From assembly GCA_009103225.1 (NCBI GenBank), contig RHPI01001616.1, forward strand, positions 251,552 to 315,551: a stretch of DNA of 64,000 bases, given 5' to 3'. A model generated the notes under the pieces. The model was not told where the DNA came from. It worked only from the letters and a program-made list of their open reading frames with translations, and ran no database searches. Numbering within the stretch: the first letter of the stretch is position 1; each line of letters opens with the position of its first letter. A program made the position numbers and the translations under genes. Source of the DNA: Chlorokybus atmophyticus (taxonomy: Eukaryota > Plantae > Mesostigma and Chlorokybus algae). This document shows, in pieces, positions 1 to 13,200 of the stretch.

Positions 1-899
1 TCTCAACGCAGTCATTGGCGCCACATCTCCGTCTTACCAATAGCAGGCGCCACAGCTCCGTGGTTTGTGCAATCAGTGTTCTGTTGCTGATTGCGCTGCT
101 GTTGGGTGATATGTGTGTGCTTTGTTTTAACTAGTGCATGCGTGCGTGTGCGCGGGTGTCATTGGCAGCTCTGTTTGTGCCTATCAGCAACGATGGAGCA
201 AGCAATGTACTTCCAGATGGTGGACAAACCACTTGAGCACTCAACCCCGTGATATGACACGCATGTTTATTCTTTGTTGCACTGTTCACTGTTGCAGGCA
301 TTGGCCAGAGTTTAGCCTTGTAAAGAACTTGCTGTTTTTGGCAGGCAAAGTTGTCCAAGCATGCGGCATTTGCTGCTTGGACAGCTCCACCAAGTTGCTG
401 GCTACTTTGATTGAGTCTGTCGGCAAAGGTGCAGGCTTTGCAACACTATTGCATGCTTGCTGTTTGTTTCCTGCTATACCATGTGTGTGCGTGTATGTCA
501 CTAGCCGTCAGTAGGTTACATTATTGTGCGCAGGGTGCACACTCCAGAACTCTCATAGCAAACGGTTGTGAAACACCAGCATTAAGAATATTGAAAAAAC
601 GAGTCGTGTGTGACACAAGCAGACAAAATCAACAGCCACAATATGAATACGAGTATGCATGCGTGCGTGTCACCACAACTGTTTGGCCGTGTGCGCGCGC
701 ACAACCAAGTTGAAATGGCAAGCTATATCATTCATGGAGCATTGCCATGCATTGCACACTGTGTATAATAATGTGTACCCGTGTCGCAACTGTACATCAA
801 GATACACCGTTGGCAAGACCACTTATGTGCACTACGCGCTTGTCTGAACACATATGCAAACAGGTATTGCCACTAACTACTCACAACCATGATTGTCCA

Positions 900-3800
900 A
901 GAACAAGACGTTTCACGTGACTTTGTGATCGGCATGTACTTGTCTTACCCCTTCAGCACTGTGTTGAGTTGCTGCGCGTCTCACTGTCCGGATACCCTGA
1001 ACTATCAACGTAATCGTACAACTCACTGTAGCAAGTTGTGTTGTTAAACTGCGAGTATGAAGTGACCATGTACATGTAGTTGGAGCTGTAAGAGCTTGAA
1101 AAGCATTGACAACTATGGTCATTGGCAGCACGGACGCCTTGCGACTCGTACAGCGCAGGCGCATCGAGGTGAGGCGTCTTGCGCACACTTGTCGAAGATG
1201 TGTACTCCAAGCCATTGCTTTATGGATGTGACCCGTGTCGAAGAAGAAACCAGACTCTTGCTCGGCCCATGTGTACAAGTTGATTTGTACATATAGGAGG
1301 TGCATGGCCGTATGCGCGCGATATGGTTATTGTTGCGTCTTGTACCTGCAACACGCACACTCAAGGCCAAGTTGCATTCACTCTTCTGTTGCCATGTACG
1401 CACCGCAAGGTGGAGCGCGTGTCGACAGTTCTAGAAAAGTCATACTCATCCACTTTACGGTAGGCATTGCTAGTGACTGTTGTTGTGACAGTGCCGCGCG
1501 AAGTCTGGCATACAACGGATGTCATAATTAGTAATGCATGATGGTGGTTATGAACCCAAAACATTGTTGCAATGCGGATTATATGCGGAGCTGTACGAAC
1601 CTTTGCAGTGCCGACAAACTTTGAGCTGCCCATAAGTAAGCTGTGGCTCAGTGTCTCTGTGGCGTAGGAGGGTTGACCTTGGGGCTTGACAGTAGTAGCG
1701 TTCACCGATTCCAAGCCTCTTGTTACTTGCGCCAATATCACTCTCCCGGTCACATTTGCAACGGCGTAAGCGAAGCGCACATGCAAGTTGGCATCCACCT
1801 GCTCAAACGAGTGTTGCACTCTTCTTCTATCGCACCACTTGTTGATGATTACTTGGCACACAGCACCAACTAGAGATCAGCAATAAGGTGTGCAGCTGTG
1901 TTTGCCTCACCTTATATATCCGCCATCATATGTTCCCGTGGCAAGGAAGCCGATGTGATGCCCAAGACCGTCCTTGAGCACGCCAACAAACGGCGTGATA
2001 TCAACTTCAAAAGCCTTTCACCACAAAAGCAGGGCTGTAAAAGTTGATACGATCGCTGATGGCGTATGCGACGCCGGCAACTCTCGTGTCCAAAACAATG
2101 TGCACAATAAAAGGCGTGTGCCCAGGCACGTAGTGGACGCTGTCCGGAAATGTATACAGCAACTTAACCTGGGAAGAAGAATAGGAGACTATCAATGTGC
2201 TTTCCATAGCAGCAAGCTCTCAAGTCCACCGAGCCCTCTACCTCAAGGACTGCGTTGCGAACGTTGGTAGGCGTCATCACCAATACTGACGAGGACACCG
2301 CAATGGCCGTTGTGTCAGTGACTTTTAGACGAGGCAGCGGCTACGTTTGCCATGCGGACACGACTATCAACCAATGAGCAACAACTGGCTTAGGATACTT
2401 TTTGGATGCGGCAAAGAAGGTTGCGGATACGGTGACGTTGTACGTAATGCCACGATTATGAGGGGATTCAGCACATGAGCGCAACTCTCCATGTCGCTTC
2501 AGTAGGGCAGAGCACTGCACATGGCATGTTGTTGACACACATCAGCAGCTTAACGAATGTTCTACCCAGCTAGCATCCGCAATGTCTGTTACCTGCGTGA
2601 TGTCGCTGGTGAAGTCGAACCAGTACTTGTCTCTGATCGGGTCAAGCGGCATGTACCTCTCGGTTGGCTTGACATAAGCCGCAAGATCCAATACCGAAAG
2701 AATGTCCACCCCTACTCAGCATAATTGCTGCAGCATACGAGGTGCATGCCCGCCACATGCACACATACGGGCAGCCTATTACAGATAACATCGTCAGGAG
2801 GGACCCACCTTGCAGCCACACCCCAAAAGTGCTAGGGATGGGCTCTGAGCAGCAAGTTGGTGGGTCCGCAGGGCTGCGCGCGTACTGAACACGTGCGGTG
2901 AGCTCCACTCTCGCCCACTTTGTACCAACTCCACGGCAAGAAGAGGCACGCGGGTACTAGTATGTGTGTGTGAAGTGCAGCAACGCCTGTGTGAATGAGT
3001 GCCGCGCCAGCAGCACTGTGCATGACAACGTTGGCAGCGGCGTTGACGGCATTGGTATGCATACGCGCACAGCGCAAAAGTCGAGTTACGACACGGTTTC
3101 TGCTCTCATAAGTATGTATAACTTAGATTGAACTCAGCATAAGAGAAGTGCAGCACGAGGACTACACCGACTGAGAGCAGCACTTCTCATCAGCAGCTCA
3201 CTGATGACTTATGCACACATACGCAGGCAGCACAAAGTTACGGAGCTAGGTTCTGGCAAGTTAAGTGCCAGCAGGCAGCTTCACAACGTGTTATTAATCA
3301 GCAGCAGCAAAGCCATCACCAGCCCTTGCTTCCCCTCTGATGTCAGTTTTTAACTCATGGTGGTCGTTGGTGCAGCACAAACTGATGAGTAGGGATCAGC
3401 AGTAATACTGTTGTACTGCAGTAATGGTGGTGTAAGTATTGAGCAACACCTACAGCAACAACGACAATACCAGCGACTGCGACAGAAGCGACATTGTTGC
3501 CTTACATATTATGACGACAAAACGACGACGATGACGATGACAACAACAACAACAATGATGAAAGGAACACTGACAGCGACAGCGGCAACTGTAACGCACC
3601 ACAACCAACAACAACAACAACAACAGTAACAGTTGGATTGCACATGCAGACGTTCGCACGTGTGCAGGGTGCAACACTAGTAGCGGTACTCACTTTCTGG
3701 AAGGTTGGGTCGGTGTCAGGGTTCGGGTACGGATCTGTGTTGAAGAGCGTTTCGCCTGATGTGGCGACCACCATATGCGTGCATAAGGTCATGGCCAGCA

Positions 3801-5500
3801 ACAGGGAGCTCTTCACCGTGTTGTGGTGAGCTCCACAACAACACGGTGAACGCCAGCTGGCCATAGCCATTCCCACATGCACGCTTTCCCCTGGCCATGG
3901 TCGCGGCAGCAGTGTGCAACGCAGCAGCAGCGACTGTGTTCTACAACTTCACTGAGTGCGCTTCTGTATTTGCGTACAGAGTGCTTGATGCGTGTACCCC
4001 TCAACTGGAAGTCCTCCCTCGCCCCCCCCTCCTCCCCCTACCTTCTGGAGCCAAGCAGCACGCACCACAACCAAACACGAAAGCCCTTTTCATACCAGGT
4101 GCCTCGGCAGAACCGACAACTTGTCTTCTCGTATACACACCGGCATCATGAGAGCCTTTCGGCTAATGCTGACTGCTCAGTGATATTCGGCAGGTCGTTT
4201 GATTCCAGCCAGGGTTGGACAAGACAGCTGAATGCCGGTGCACAGTTGCTTGGGGGGAGGGGGGGGGGGGTCCCTCATGTGCCGTCAATGTATCTATCGC
4301 ATTTGAGCACACAGTCAGCGAAGCACTCAAAGCCATCACATGTGCATGGCGTTGGGCTCCATACAGCAGCAGTGCTGCTGTTTGGCACGCAGCGAACATG
4401 TGAGGTATGATGTCAGAAGTGCAAGCGAGCCCAACTTGAAGTCACGTCATCCAACATACCTTATAACCATTAATAATAGTCGAGTGTCAGCATTCAGTTG
4501 ACGTGACGTGACTGCCTCGCGTGCACAATGCAAGCAAGAAAGGAGGCACGCTGCAGCGTGCAGTTCGAGGAGCTGTCGCTGTCAGTGCTTGGCATGCTGT
4601 TGATATATATAGAGCATCGTGTGTACACTGTGCATTCGCGCATGCTGAGCAGCAGCCAATCGGCTGGGCAGGGCAACACGCCCTGGTGATTTCCTCTACT
4701 GACTACTGAGGAGCTGAACACTAGAAAAACCTGCCTGCCGCCCAGGGCCAGCTCGAGTTTTATGTGACAGCTGCCTCCAGCAGCTAAGCTGGCCCTGGCT
4801 GCTTGGCAGCGCCAGTCAAAGTTGCCACAGTTGCACACTTGGCTGGCAGAAGGCAGTGCGGTCACCATTGTTACACTATGCACAAAGCACCTAAGCTTCA
4901 AGGTGAAAAAAGGCTCACACAGCAGTCTATAGCACGAGAGTCTACAGCAAGCGACTTATTGCAGCTGCGATAACCAGTGCCGAAGTCTATACTGCGCACA
5001 ACGCACAACACATGCGCACAAAGCTAGTACCTCCCCCCTCCATACCTCCGGCTGGGCAGCTTTACCGCCCTGGTGCTTGGTGTTCTCGGCAGCTTTGGCG
5101 CCGTCGTTGTCGCTCTGTGCGCTGTTGGCAAGAGGGCATGACGGCATGCAGGAGATTTTCAACCCCTGAGCAGCCAGCTGGCTGCCGCCACCTTTGGAGG
5201 TTTGAGCTTTAGGGCGATGAACGCGCTGTTGTAGGGGCAGTGGCTGGGCATTGGGTTGATCGTCGACAACACCAACATATTGGACGTCGTACGCCAGCAC
5301 GATGCGGAAGAAGAAGGCCCTGCGCGCCCATTGCGGGCTTTCGCAATGCTTGCAGAATGCTGTCTGAAGTGTGTTTTTGGTTGGGTTGTTGGTTGTGACG
5401 CCTGCATGCTGCATGTTGAGAGAGCATGCTGCATGCTGTTCAAGCGGTGTGGTGGTGGCTGTTGATTTATTCAAGATTTTGCTGATTTGCATGCATCTCA
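900..5500. repeat. Left arm of an old inverted segmental duplication
   Basis: Block-by-block reverse-complement similarity to 6500-9101 plus 16524-18400 (e.g. 5000-5450 vs 6550-6970; 3850-4420 vs 7700-8200; 950-2800 vs 16550-18390). An AT-rich spacer lies at ~5550-6480. Confidence 0.8.
930..3865 (-). pseudogene. Peptide-N4-(N-acetyl-beta-glucosaminyl)asparagine amidase A (PNGase A)-like pseudogene, copy 1 (multi-exon)
   Basis: Collinear PNGase A motifs on the minus strand: a signal-peptide-like exon (SSLLLAMTLCTHMVVA...FQK|gtgag), PSTPLPTLSCTVLLARHSFTQ, TFGVWLQG, DFTSDITQ, GITYNVTVSATFF, FEVDITPFVGVLKDGLGHHIGF and VDANLHV. There is an in-frame TAG near 2950 (copy 2 has TCA there). Ends are approximate. 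Confidence 0.72.
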
Positions 5501-7021
5501 AACTGTAGCGCTTTTTGTGTTGTTGTGTATTGTATTTGTATGTTGCCAACGCCGTTATGGCACATGGTTTGTGATGTTGTACTGTTCGGCATTGGTGTCA
5601 CACGATTATTCAGTTAAATATTATATGTTCATATGACATTATACGCAACAAGCTCAAGAGTATCGCAAGAGAAGCAATTCTAGATGCCGAGCTTTGTCAA
5701 GGTTGCCTAATTATTTCTATTACAAGCATGATTGAAAAAAAACGAGGCATATGTCGGGTATACGTATCATTTTATTCATAATCTAACTTCTGCGGTGCTT
5801 AACAACCGCTGAAGTAAGATTATTGATACTATGATATGCATACAGCGTTGTTTGTTGGAAGCAACTTTACATTAACTACCAGCTATAGGTGATACGCGCT
5901 AAGAAGTAACAAGTACTTCTTTGGGAAAGTCTCTTTTTGAACTAATTGGTGGCCAAAGTTCAGCCCAAAAATGTTTGCCATGAAGTTGAAAAAGCTTCTT
6001 TATAATAGAAGCTTTTTGTTGAACAGCTGGTGGGTGATGTTGGCTTTAATATAAGGCAGCTCGTTTAAAATATTTTTCAACACCGCCATCATAACGATAA
6101 TATCTGCACCTTTGAAAAAGCTTTGCTTATAACCAAGCTTGCTACTACTTTCTTTTGCGTGAATTGCAAGCCCTTACATATTATGACTTTTCATACGAGG
6201 TAATAACACTATCAACCAGCTTTGCCAATAAGCTATGGTTGCAATGGGTTTATTATTATGTGTCATTACTGTCACCGGTGTCAATGTTTATTGACTTTCG
6301 ACTATTTGTATCAAAGAATCGTTTCGAGAGTTTTTGTCTATGACTTATCTGTGAGTTTAGCATCAACACTTTTTTTCACATGCTGAATTCAATGCGGTTG
6401 ATGGGTTATACAGCACGGGTCTTTTGCTTGGGAACACTTGTTCGCCGTTTTATTTCCTTTGTTTGAGCGCGAATGACAGCAACAACATAAACATCACGGG
6501 GAGCTTCAACTACATGCAGATCAGCCTAGCCAACAACTCATCACCGCACCGTTGCCTTCCAAACAGCATGCTGCATGCTGTGACAACATTGTCGTCACAG
6601 CATGCAGTGCAATGTCACCAAACCACCAAAACTCACAACTCACCGTTCAGCAAGCCTGCAAAGGGCGTGCAGCCTCCATGGTGCAGGGCCTGCCTCCGCA
6701 TGGCACACGACGTCCTCGTTGCAATTGTTGTCGACGATTGCCCTAATGCCCGGCCCCTGCCCTTCATAGAGTAGATCCACTGCCGTGAAGCTCAACCCTG
6801 TAATGATGGCGGCAGCGAGCTACCATTGGAGGGGTTTTAGCTCAAGCGCTAGAGAACTCCTGCATGCCGTTATGCGCTTGCAAACAGCGCACAGAGCAAC
6901 AACGACGGCGCCAAAGCTGCCGAGAACATCAACCACCAGGGTGGTGAAGCTGCCCACCCGGAGGTATGAAGTGGCCACTGCTTGCCTCTCATGGGAGGCA
7001 AGCTTACCCCGGGTAAGCTAA

Positions 7022-7090
7022 AAGGTGGAGCCAGCAGCCTTTCTCTAGCCAAAGGCCCTTTGGCTAGAGAAAGGCTGCTGGCTCCACCTT
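7022..7090. repeat. Perfect palindrome, 34-bp arms with a 1-nt centre
   Basis: aaggtggagccagcagcctttctctagccaaagg (7022-7055) - c - exact reverse complement (7057-7090). A 9-bp-arm palindrome lies next to it at 7001-7019. Confidence 0.95.
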
Positions 7091-9101
7091 CTAAACTGGC
7101 ATTGGCTGCCCAGCAGTGTGTCCAGGCGGTGGAGGCGGCTGTTGCATGCAACTTGAGCCAGCCCTATGGTGGCAGGTACGTTTTGTTTGGTGCGGTCAAT
7201 TGCGCATGGGGCACTTTCAGCGTGCCTGATGCTCACCTGCAAGCAGTACTCAGCTCCTCTGCAACAGCGACTGCTGAGGAGTTCAGCAGGGGCCTGTTTC
7301 GCTGATCAGCCAATGGGCCCGCTGCTCAGCATGTGTGACAAATTGTATATATATATATTGCTATGTAGCAACAATAGAATGCCAAGCATTGACAGCGACA
7401 GCCCCTGAAACTGAACGCTTTGTTGCAGTGTGCTTGCTTTCTTGGGTTGTGTACGCAGAGGAACGTATGTCACGTCAACGTGACCATAACACGAGTGTTA
7501 ACGTTACAGTTCTGCTTGATTGTGCTCATTGGCGGTTTAAGCTCGCTTGTAATTATTCAGATGTGCTGCACATGCATATTCGCTGCTTGACATACCATAG
7601 CGGCACTGTTGCCAATTGTAACACATCGTTAGTTGATGGCTTTGGGTTCCAGTCATTAGTCTTCCGCACACGAGTACAGGGGCAGTCACTGATTGTGTGC
7701 TCATGTGCAAAAATTCATTAACTGTGCATGAGGACCCCCAAAGCAACTGAGCAGCATCTGCATGCAGCTGTCTAGTCCAACCTTGCTGGCTCAACAATTA
7801 CCTGCCCGGCACCGGGCGTTGCACTGTGCATTCACCATAGCGTATGCCGGATCCTCTCACGATAACTATGTGCTGTGCACATGTCAGCTCTGCTGACGCA
7901 TCTGGTGTGAACAGGGCTTTTGTGTGTGGTTGTGGCGCGTGCTGCTTGGCCCTTGGGGGAGGTGGGGGACGTGCAGTTGAGGGGTGAACACATGCAAAGC
8001 ACTCTGCACGCAATGACATAAGCGCACTCAGCGAAGTTGTAGGACATAGTCACTGCTGCTGCGTTGCAAATTGCATACAGCTGCCGCGGCTATGGCCAGG
8101 GGGAAGCTTCCCCCTTAAGCGTACAATTGGGCATGGCTATGGCCAGCTGGTGGCGGTCGCCTTGTTATTGTGAACTTCACTGTTGCTGGCCATGGCCTTA
8201 TGCACGCGTATAACGGTTGCCACATGCGAGACGCCCTTCAATACCGACCCGTGGCCGAACTCTGACGTCGACCCAAGTTTTTGAAAAGGTGGATATTACC
8301 AATAGTGCTGCACCCTACATGTACGTACGTCTACATATGCAGCGCGAATATACTCCCATTGCTTTTGTCGGTAGTATGATTGCTGTCACTGCCCATGTGC
8401 CTACAATTGTTTCTTACGGTTGTTGTTGTTAGGCAACACCTTGGTCGACCTTGTCACTTCTGTTGCGGTAGCTGTTAATGTTGTCTTAATTGTCGTTGTT
8501 GCTGTATGAGGTTGCTGGGGTCAACACCTACAACATACTACTGCTAGTAGTTTCCCAGCTAGTCCATGTTTATCAAAGGGGGAAGAAAGACTGGTGATGG
8601 CTTTGCTGCTGCTCCTCATACATCACACTATGCTGCGTGCTGGCACTTAACGCCACAATCTAGAGACAACTTTCACTCATGCATGTGTACATAAGCCTTC
8701 GTTGAATTCTTGATGAGAACTGCTGCTCCCACTGAAAGTATACGCACTTCTCGTATAATTTTCTTTACTGGAGTCGACGTCGTGTTGTAACTCAACTCGA
8801 CTTGCACTGTTGCATATACATACAAATGCAAGAGTGGTACTTGCCGAGGCCGTCAACGCCGCTGTCGACAAAATCGTGCAGCGTGCTGCTAGCTCAGCAC
8901 TCATTCACACAGGCGTCGCTGCAGTTCGTGCACATGTACTCATATCCGGGTGCCTCTCTCTCTTGCCGTGGAGTTGGCACAAAGTGGGCGCGAGTGGACC
9001 TCATTGCACGCGTTTAGTACATGCGCAGCCTCGCGGATCGCGGATGCCACCAAATTGCGTTACAAGCTCTGTGTACAAACCCATCACTTTCGGCGTGTGG
9101 C

Positions 9102-9440
9102 TGTTACGGAGTGCTACCTCTACAGAGGTTCCCCGCCCTTATTTAGGATTAAATAAGGGTCCCAACGGGTATATACAGCCAATTAAGCCGTATTAGGGCC
9201 GTTAACCTAGTGTTAAGACCCTAATGTAGTGTTATTTAACTGTAACACTGATATCGACATGAGACATGAGTCTCATGTCGATATCAGTTGTATGGCGGCA
9301 CTGCTAACGCAGCAGCCGCCATAGCCAGGGGATCTTCTGCTTCGGCAGTTGCCCCTGGCGGCGGCGGTGTGGTCGGCGTGGCTGGTGGTGGTGTTGGGGT
9401 AGGGGATTAAAGGGAGGAGGTAGCACCCCCTCACCTTACA
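9102..9440 (+). repeat. 5' LTR of chromovirus 1
   Basis: TGTTAC...TTACA, direct repeat of 16185-16523, followed by the PBS. Confidence 0.97.
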
Positions 9441-9441
9441 T

Positions 9442-9453
9442 TGGTATCGGAGC
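9442..9453 (+). promoter_or_regulatory. Primer-binding site (initiator tRNA-Met type)
   Basis: TGGTATCGGAGC, 1 nt after the LTR. One mismatch to the canonical TGGTATCAGAGC. Confidence 0.9.
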
Positions 9454-10280
9454 GCGGGCGGCAAGGGGCCTGTGGGAGGGGCGGCGGCAGGCTGCAGGGG
9501 CGGCGGCAGGCGGCAGGGGCAGGCGGCAGGCGGCGGCAGGCGGCAGCGACATTAAACTAGTGGTAGTTAAAGTGTTTTATGTTTTAACTATAATAGTTAA
9601 GCGCTGCTGCTGGTGCCTAGCCTAGCCTAGCCTAGCCTAGCTTGCCATGCCATGCATGCCATGCCTAGCCTAGCATGCCTGTCCTAGTCTAGTTTGTTAT
9701 TGTGTGAAGGGAGCCGGCCATTCAGGCCTGTCCCTGAAGCATTGCATTGCAGCACAACACATAGTAAACATACATTGATTGTATTATATTGTGTGTGTAC
9801 CACCACGTGGATTCGTGGTGGTGTAAGGGTTTTTCTATTAATTTGAAAATTCCCTTGGGGGGGGCAGTTCGGTGGCAACATCGACTGTCTCAGTGCCGCC
9901 ATTTTGTGCGGTGAGGCCGCCAGACTTTTCTGAGCGGCCGATATCAAACTCACCATTCACAACTGGTCGATATCGGCCTGTAACGTCGATTTGACGAGAT
10001 TTTGGCACCCTAAGTGTCAACCACAGTTGTGAATTGTGCTGGGTTGTACAAAGTGAAAACTTTGAGAAATCATAACTCGTGAACCGTCGCGTGGATTCGC
10101 GCACGGTTTGTTGCAGAGTGAGTGTCTAGTTGAGAGGTGTGTGGAGAGCTCTTTTGGGGCTGTATGCTCCATTGTAACGCCTCAAAACTTGACGAGACAA
10201 AATTATTAGATTTTGCCTGTATTGCAGTGCACAATGAGTACTGAGTACTTGTGCACTTGCTAACGGCTGTCTTTGGGCAG

Positions 10281-13200
10281 ATGTCTGACCAAGGAGAGGG
10301 AGGTGAGAAGTACTTTACCGTCCCTGACTCATCGTCATCATACGAACCATCAAGTGATGACAAAGTGAGAGACTCGGACACGAGTGAGAGCTACAAGCTC
10401 ACTGAGAGTGACAAGGAGGAAGCTGCGCAGGATAGCGAAGCTTCTCCCGATCAATCTACTCAGAGTGGGCCAGCTACAATGGACACACAGTCTGTCATTG
10501 GTGGGGCTATTGAGAAGTATGCGCGAGAGCGCAAAGCCTTGATCGATGCTCACCCACAGCTTCGTCAGGAAGTGTGGGATGCATGGGCACAAAAGGTTCG
10601 TGATAGCTATGCAACAGATTTTGCCACTCTCCCTCGCGCAAGCAAGGAGATGGTGATCCGCATGATTGAGCACGAGATGACGAACAATGTTCCGCCACTC
10701 GTGCGCGGTGATCCGAAGGTGGCTGCTCTGATGGCTGTTTACAATAAGCCTCTCCCTTACCAAGGCAAGCGAATGGCGTTTGAGACTTTGGCCAACTTGG
10801 GAGTGGAAACCTCACAGCGTTGCAAGGACGTGTTCTGGTACTTGGGACCTAACTTGGAAGACAAGTTGACTGGCCGAGTGCAGTTGACGGCACGCCTCGA
10901 TGCTATGCAGTCTGAGTTGGTGGCGCTGCGCCAACAGGTGGCGGGTGCTACTTCAGCAGCTGGAGCATCAGCGGGGCTGCCGGTTACAGCACTGAACAAG
11001 CCTGAGAAGTTCAAGCCCAACGGCAGTGTCAGCATCCATGATTGGGTGGTCACTGTTGAGCACTACTTGACAGCACTGAAGCGACCAGTTGGCGAGCACA
11101 TTGCTGTTGCTGAGTTGCTCATGCCATCTGACGCTCTCGCCGAGTGGGCGAGGCAGACAGAGGATGGTGCGGCCAAGACAGTGGAGGCACTATTCAAGTT
11201 CCTTGTGGAGCGCTATGGTGGCATGGATCCAGCTACTCAGGCTCGCAACAAGCTCAACAAGCTGCGACAGAATGGCCGGACGGCTTCAGTCTATCTGCAG
11301 TAGTTCCAAGCGTTGGTGGGTCGCGTGCACAGTGGCCTCATGCCCATGGACAAGGCTGAGCAGTTTAAGTTGTACAAACGCGGCTTGGATGCGCGTGTGC
11401 GCGATCAGCTGCAATACAACACGGCAACGGGACTTCCTTGGGTTCCTGAGGACTTGGCCCAGCTGCAGAAGCTAAGCGTGTATCTGTACAGCGATGACAC
11501 GGCGGTGCAGGAAAAGACACATGTGGCAGCTGCGGCCAAGCCGCACGGGGTGGGAGGAAAGCGTTACCCTCAGCCGAGTGCGCACACGGCAAAGAAGGCG
11601 AAGACATTCACGCCTCCTACCGGTGGCACATCTGCTGGTGGTGCTACACCCGCTGCGGCTCGCACCTGTTACGTATGTCACCAGCCGGGTCACATTGCGA
11701 AGAACTGCCCCGCCAAGAAGGGCAAGGCCAAGAAGGTTGAATGGGATTACGCCGTGATTAATGTAGATGCGGTTGATAGCCAGTTGCTTGAGATGCAAGC
11801 AGCAAGCTGGTTTGATGATCTGTTTCAAGTGCATGTAATGACACATGCATGGCAAGCACATGACAAGTTGCCACTCTTTGATGTTGAAAAAGTGGAAGAG
11901 AATGCTTGTGTGCTGGTACATGTAGAGTTCAACATGTTTACCGATGTGCTGCATGCATTGACTGAGTTGCAGAATAAGCACAGAACCTTGAGTATGGTGG
12001 TGATGGTGCCAAAGTATCATGGCCCATGGTTAAAACATACTCGGGGAGGGTCTGTGTTGAAGCAATTCAGCAAGCGTGAAACAGGGACGGTTGTCAGCCA
12101 TATTGATCAACCCTCGCATTAGTAACGGACTCTTAGCTACGTTTCAAGGACGGGTGGTACCTCTGTTGTGGACATTTAATGGCACAATGCAGGGTGTAAA
12201 CAGTTCGTTCTTGATTGACACTGGTGCAACACACAACTTCGTTGAGGAACAATGGGTTGTGCACAACAAGATAGCGTGTAAACCCTCAGCATTTTCAGCT
12301 GCCGGTGCGGGGGGTGCGTTGCCAGTGAAAGGGGAAATAAAAATGAAGGTGAAGATTGGTAATTATCATGCCACTCTTACTTTCATAGTGGTATCCATCG
12401 ACATATCAGGTGTTGATGTGGTATTAGGACAGGAATGGCAGGAAAATGTCAAAATGACATTGGATACTGGCGCACGTTTGTGCACGGTAAAAAAAGGTCG
12501 TAAGCGTGTAACATTGTCTGTGAAAGGGTCACATAGCTTGGACCACAAGCAGCCCGACCCTGCGCTACTCACTGCACTGCAAGTGAAACGTGCGTTGCGC
12601 AAAAACACACCAGCTTTTCTGGTACACTTAACGTCGTCGGACGACTTTGTGCCGGGAAATACAGAAGGTGTTGCACACATCATTGAGAAGAATCAAGATG
12701 TGTTCTCAGATGAATTGCCAGGCTTACCTCCTGACCGAGGTGTCGGACACACAATACCACTCATTCCTGACAGTGAGCCTCCGTTTCGGCCTATATATAG
12801 GCTGAGCCCCCGAGAGAGGGGGGAAATGGAAACTCAAATCAAATCAATCCCTATTGGAAAAGGGATTGATTGAACCGAGTTCTTCACCCTTTGGCGCGCC
12901 CATCTTGTTTGTGATGAAAAAGAATGGAAAGCTGCGCATGTGTGTGGATTACCGTGCTTTGAACAAGATCACGGTAAAGAATAGATACCCGTTGCCCCGG
13001 ATTGATGATGTGTTTGATAAACTGTCGGGAAACGCGTACTTTAGTACGTTGGACTTGACAAGTGGGTATCATCAAATCCGGATTCATCCTTCTGATGTTT
13101 ACAAGACAGCATTTAGAACACCTTCGGGCCATTATCAATACAAAGTGTTACCTTTTGGATTGACTAATGCGCCGGCAGTGTTTCAGAAGGAAATGAATAA

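Noticed and set aside
130-500. Protein-like exon candidates (FSLVKNLLFLAGKVVQ...) with weak similarity to 18700-18830
   Set aside because: No family is recognisable and there is no consistent splice model. It may extend the inverted duplication, but this cannot be supported by eye.
5012-5400. Hydrophobic stretch plus RAHCGLSQC, suggesting a DHHC palmitoyltransferase remnant
   Set aside because: There is no DHHC motif, and the Cys/His pattern is not conserved in the duplicate arm.
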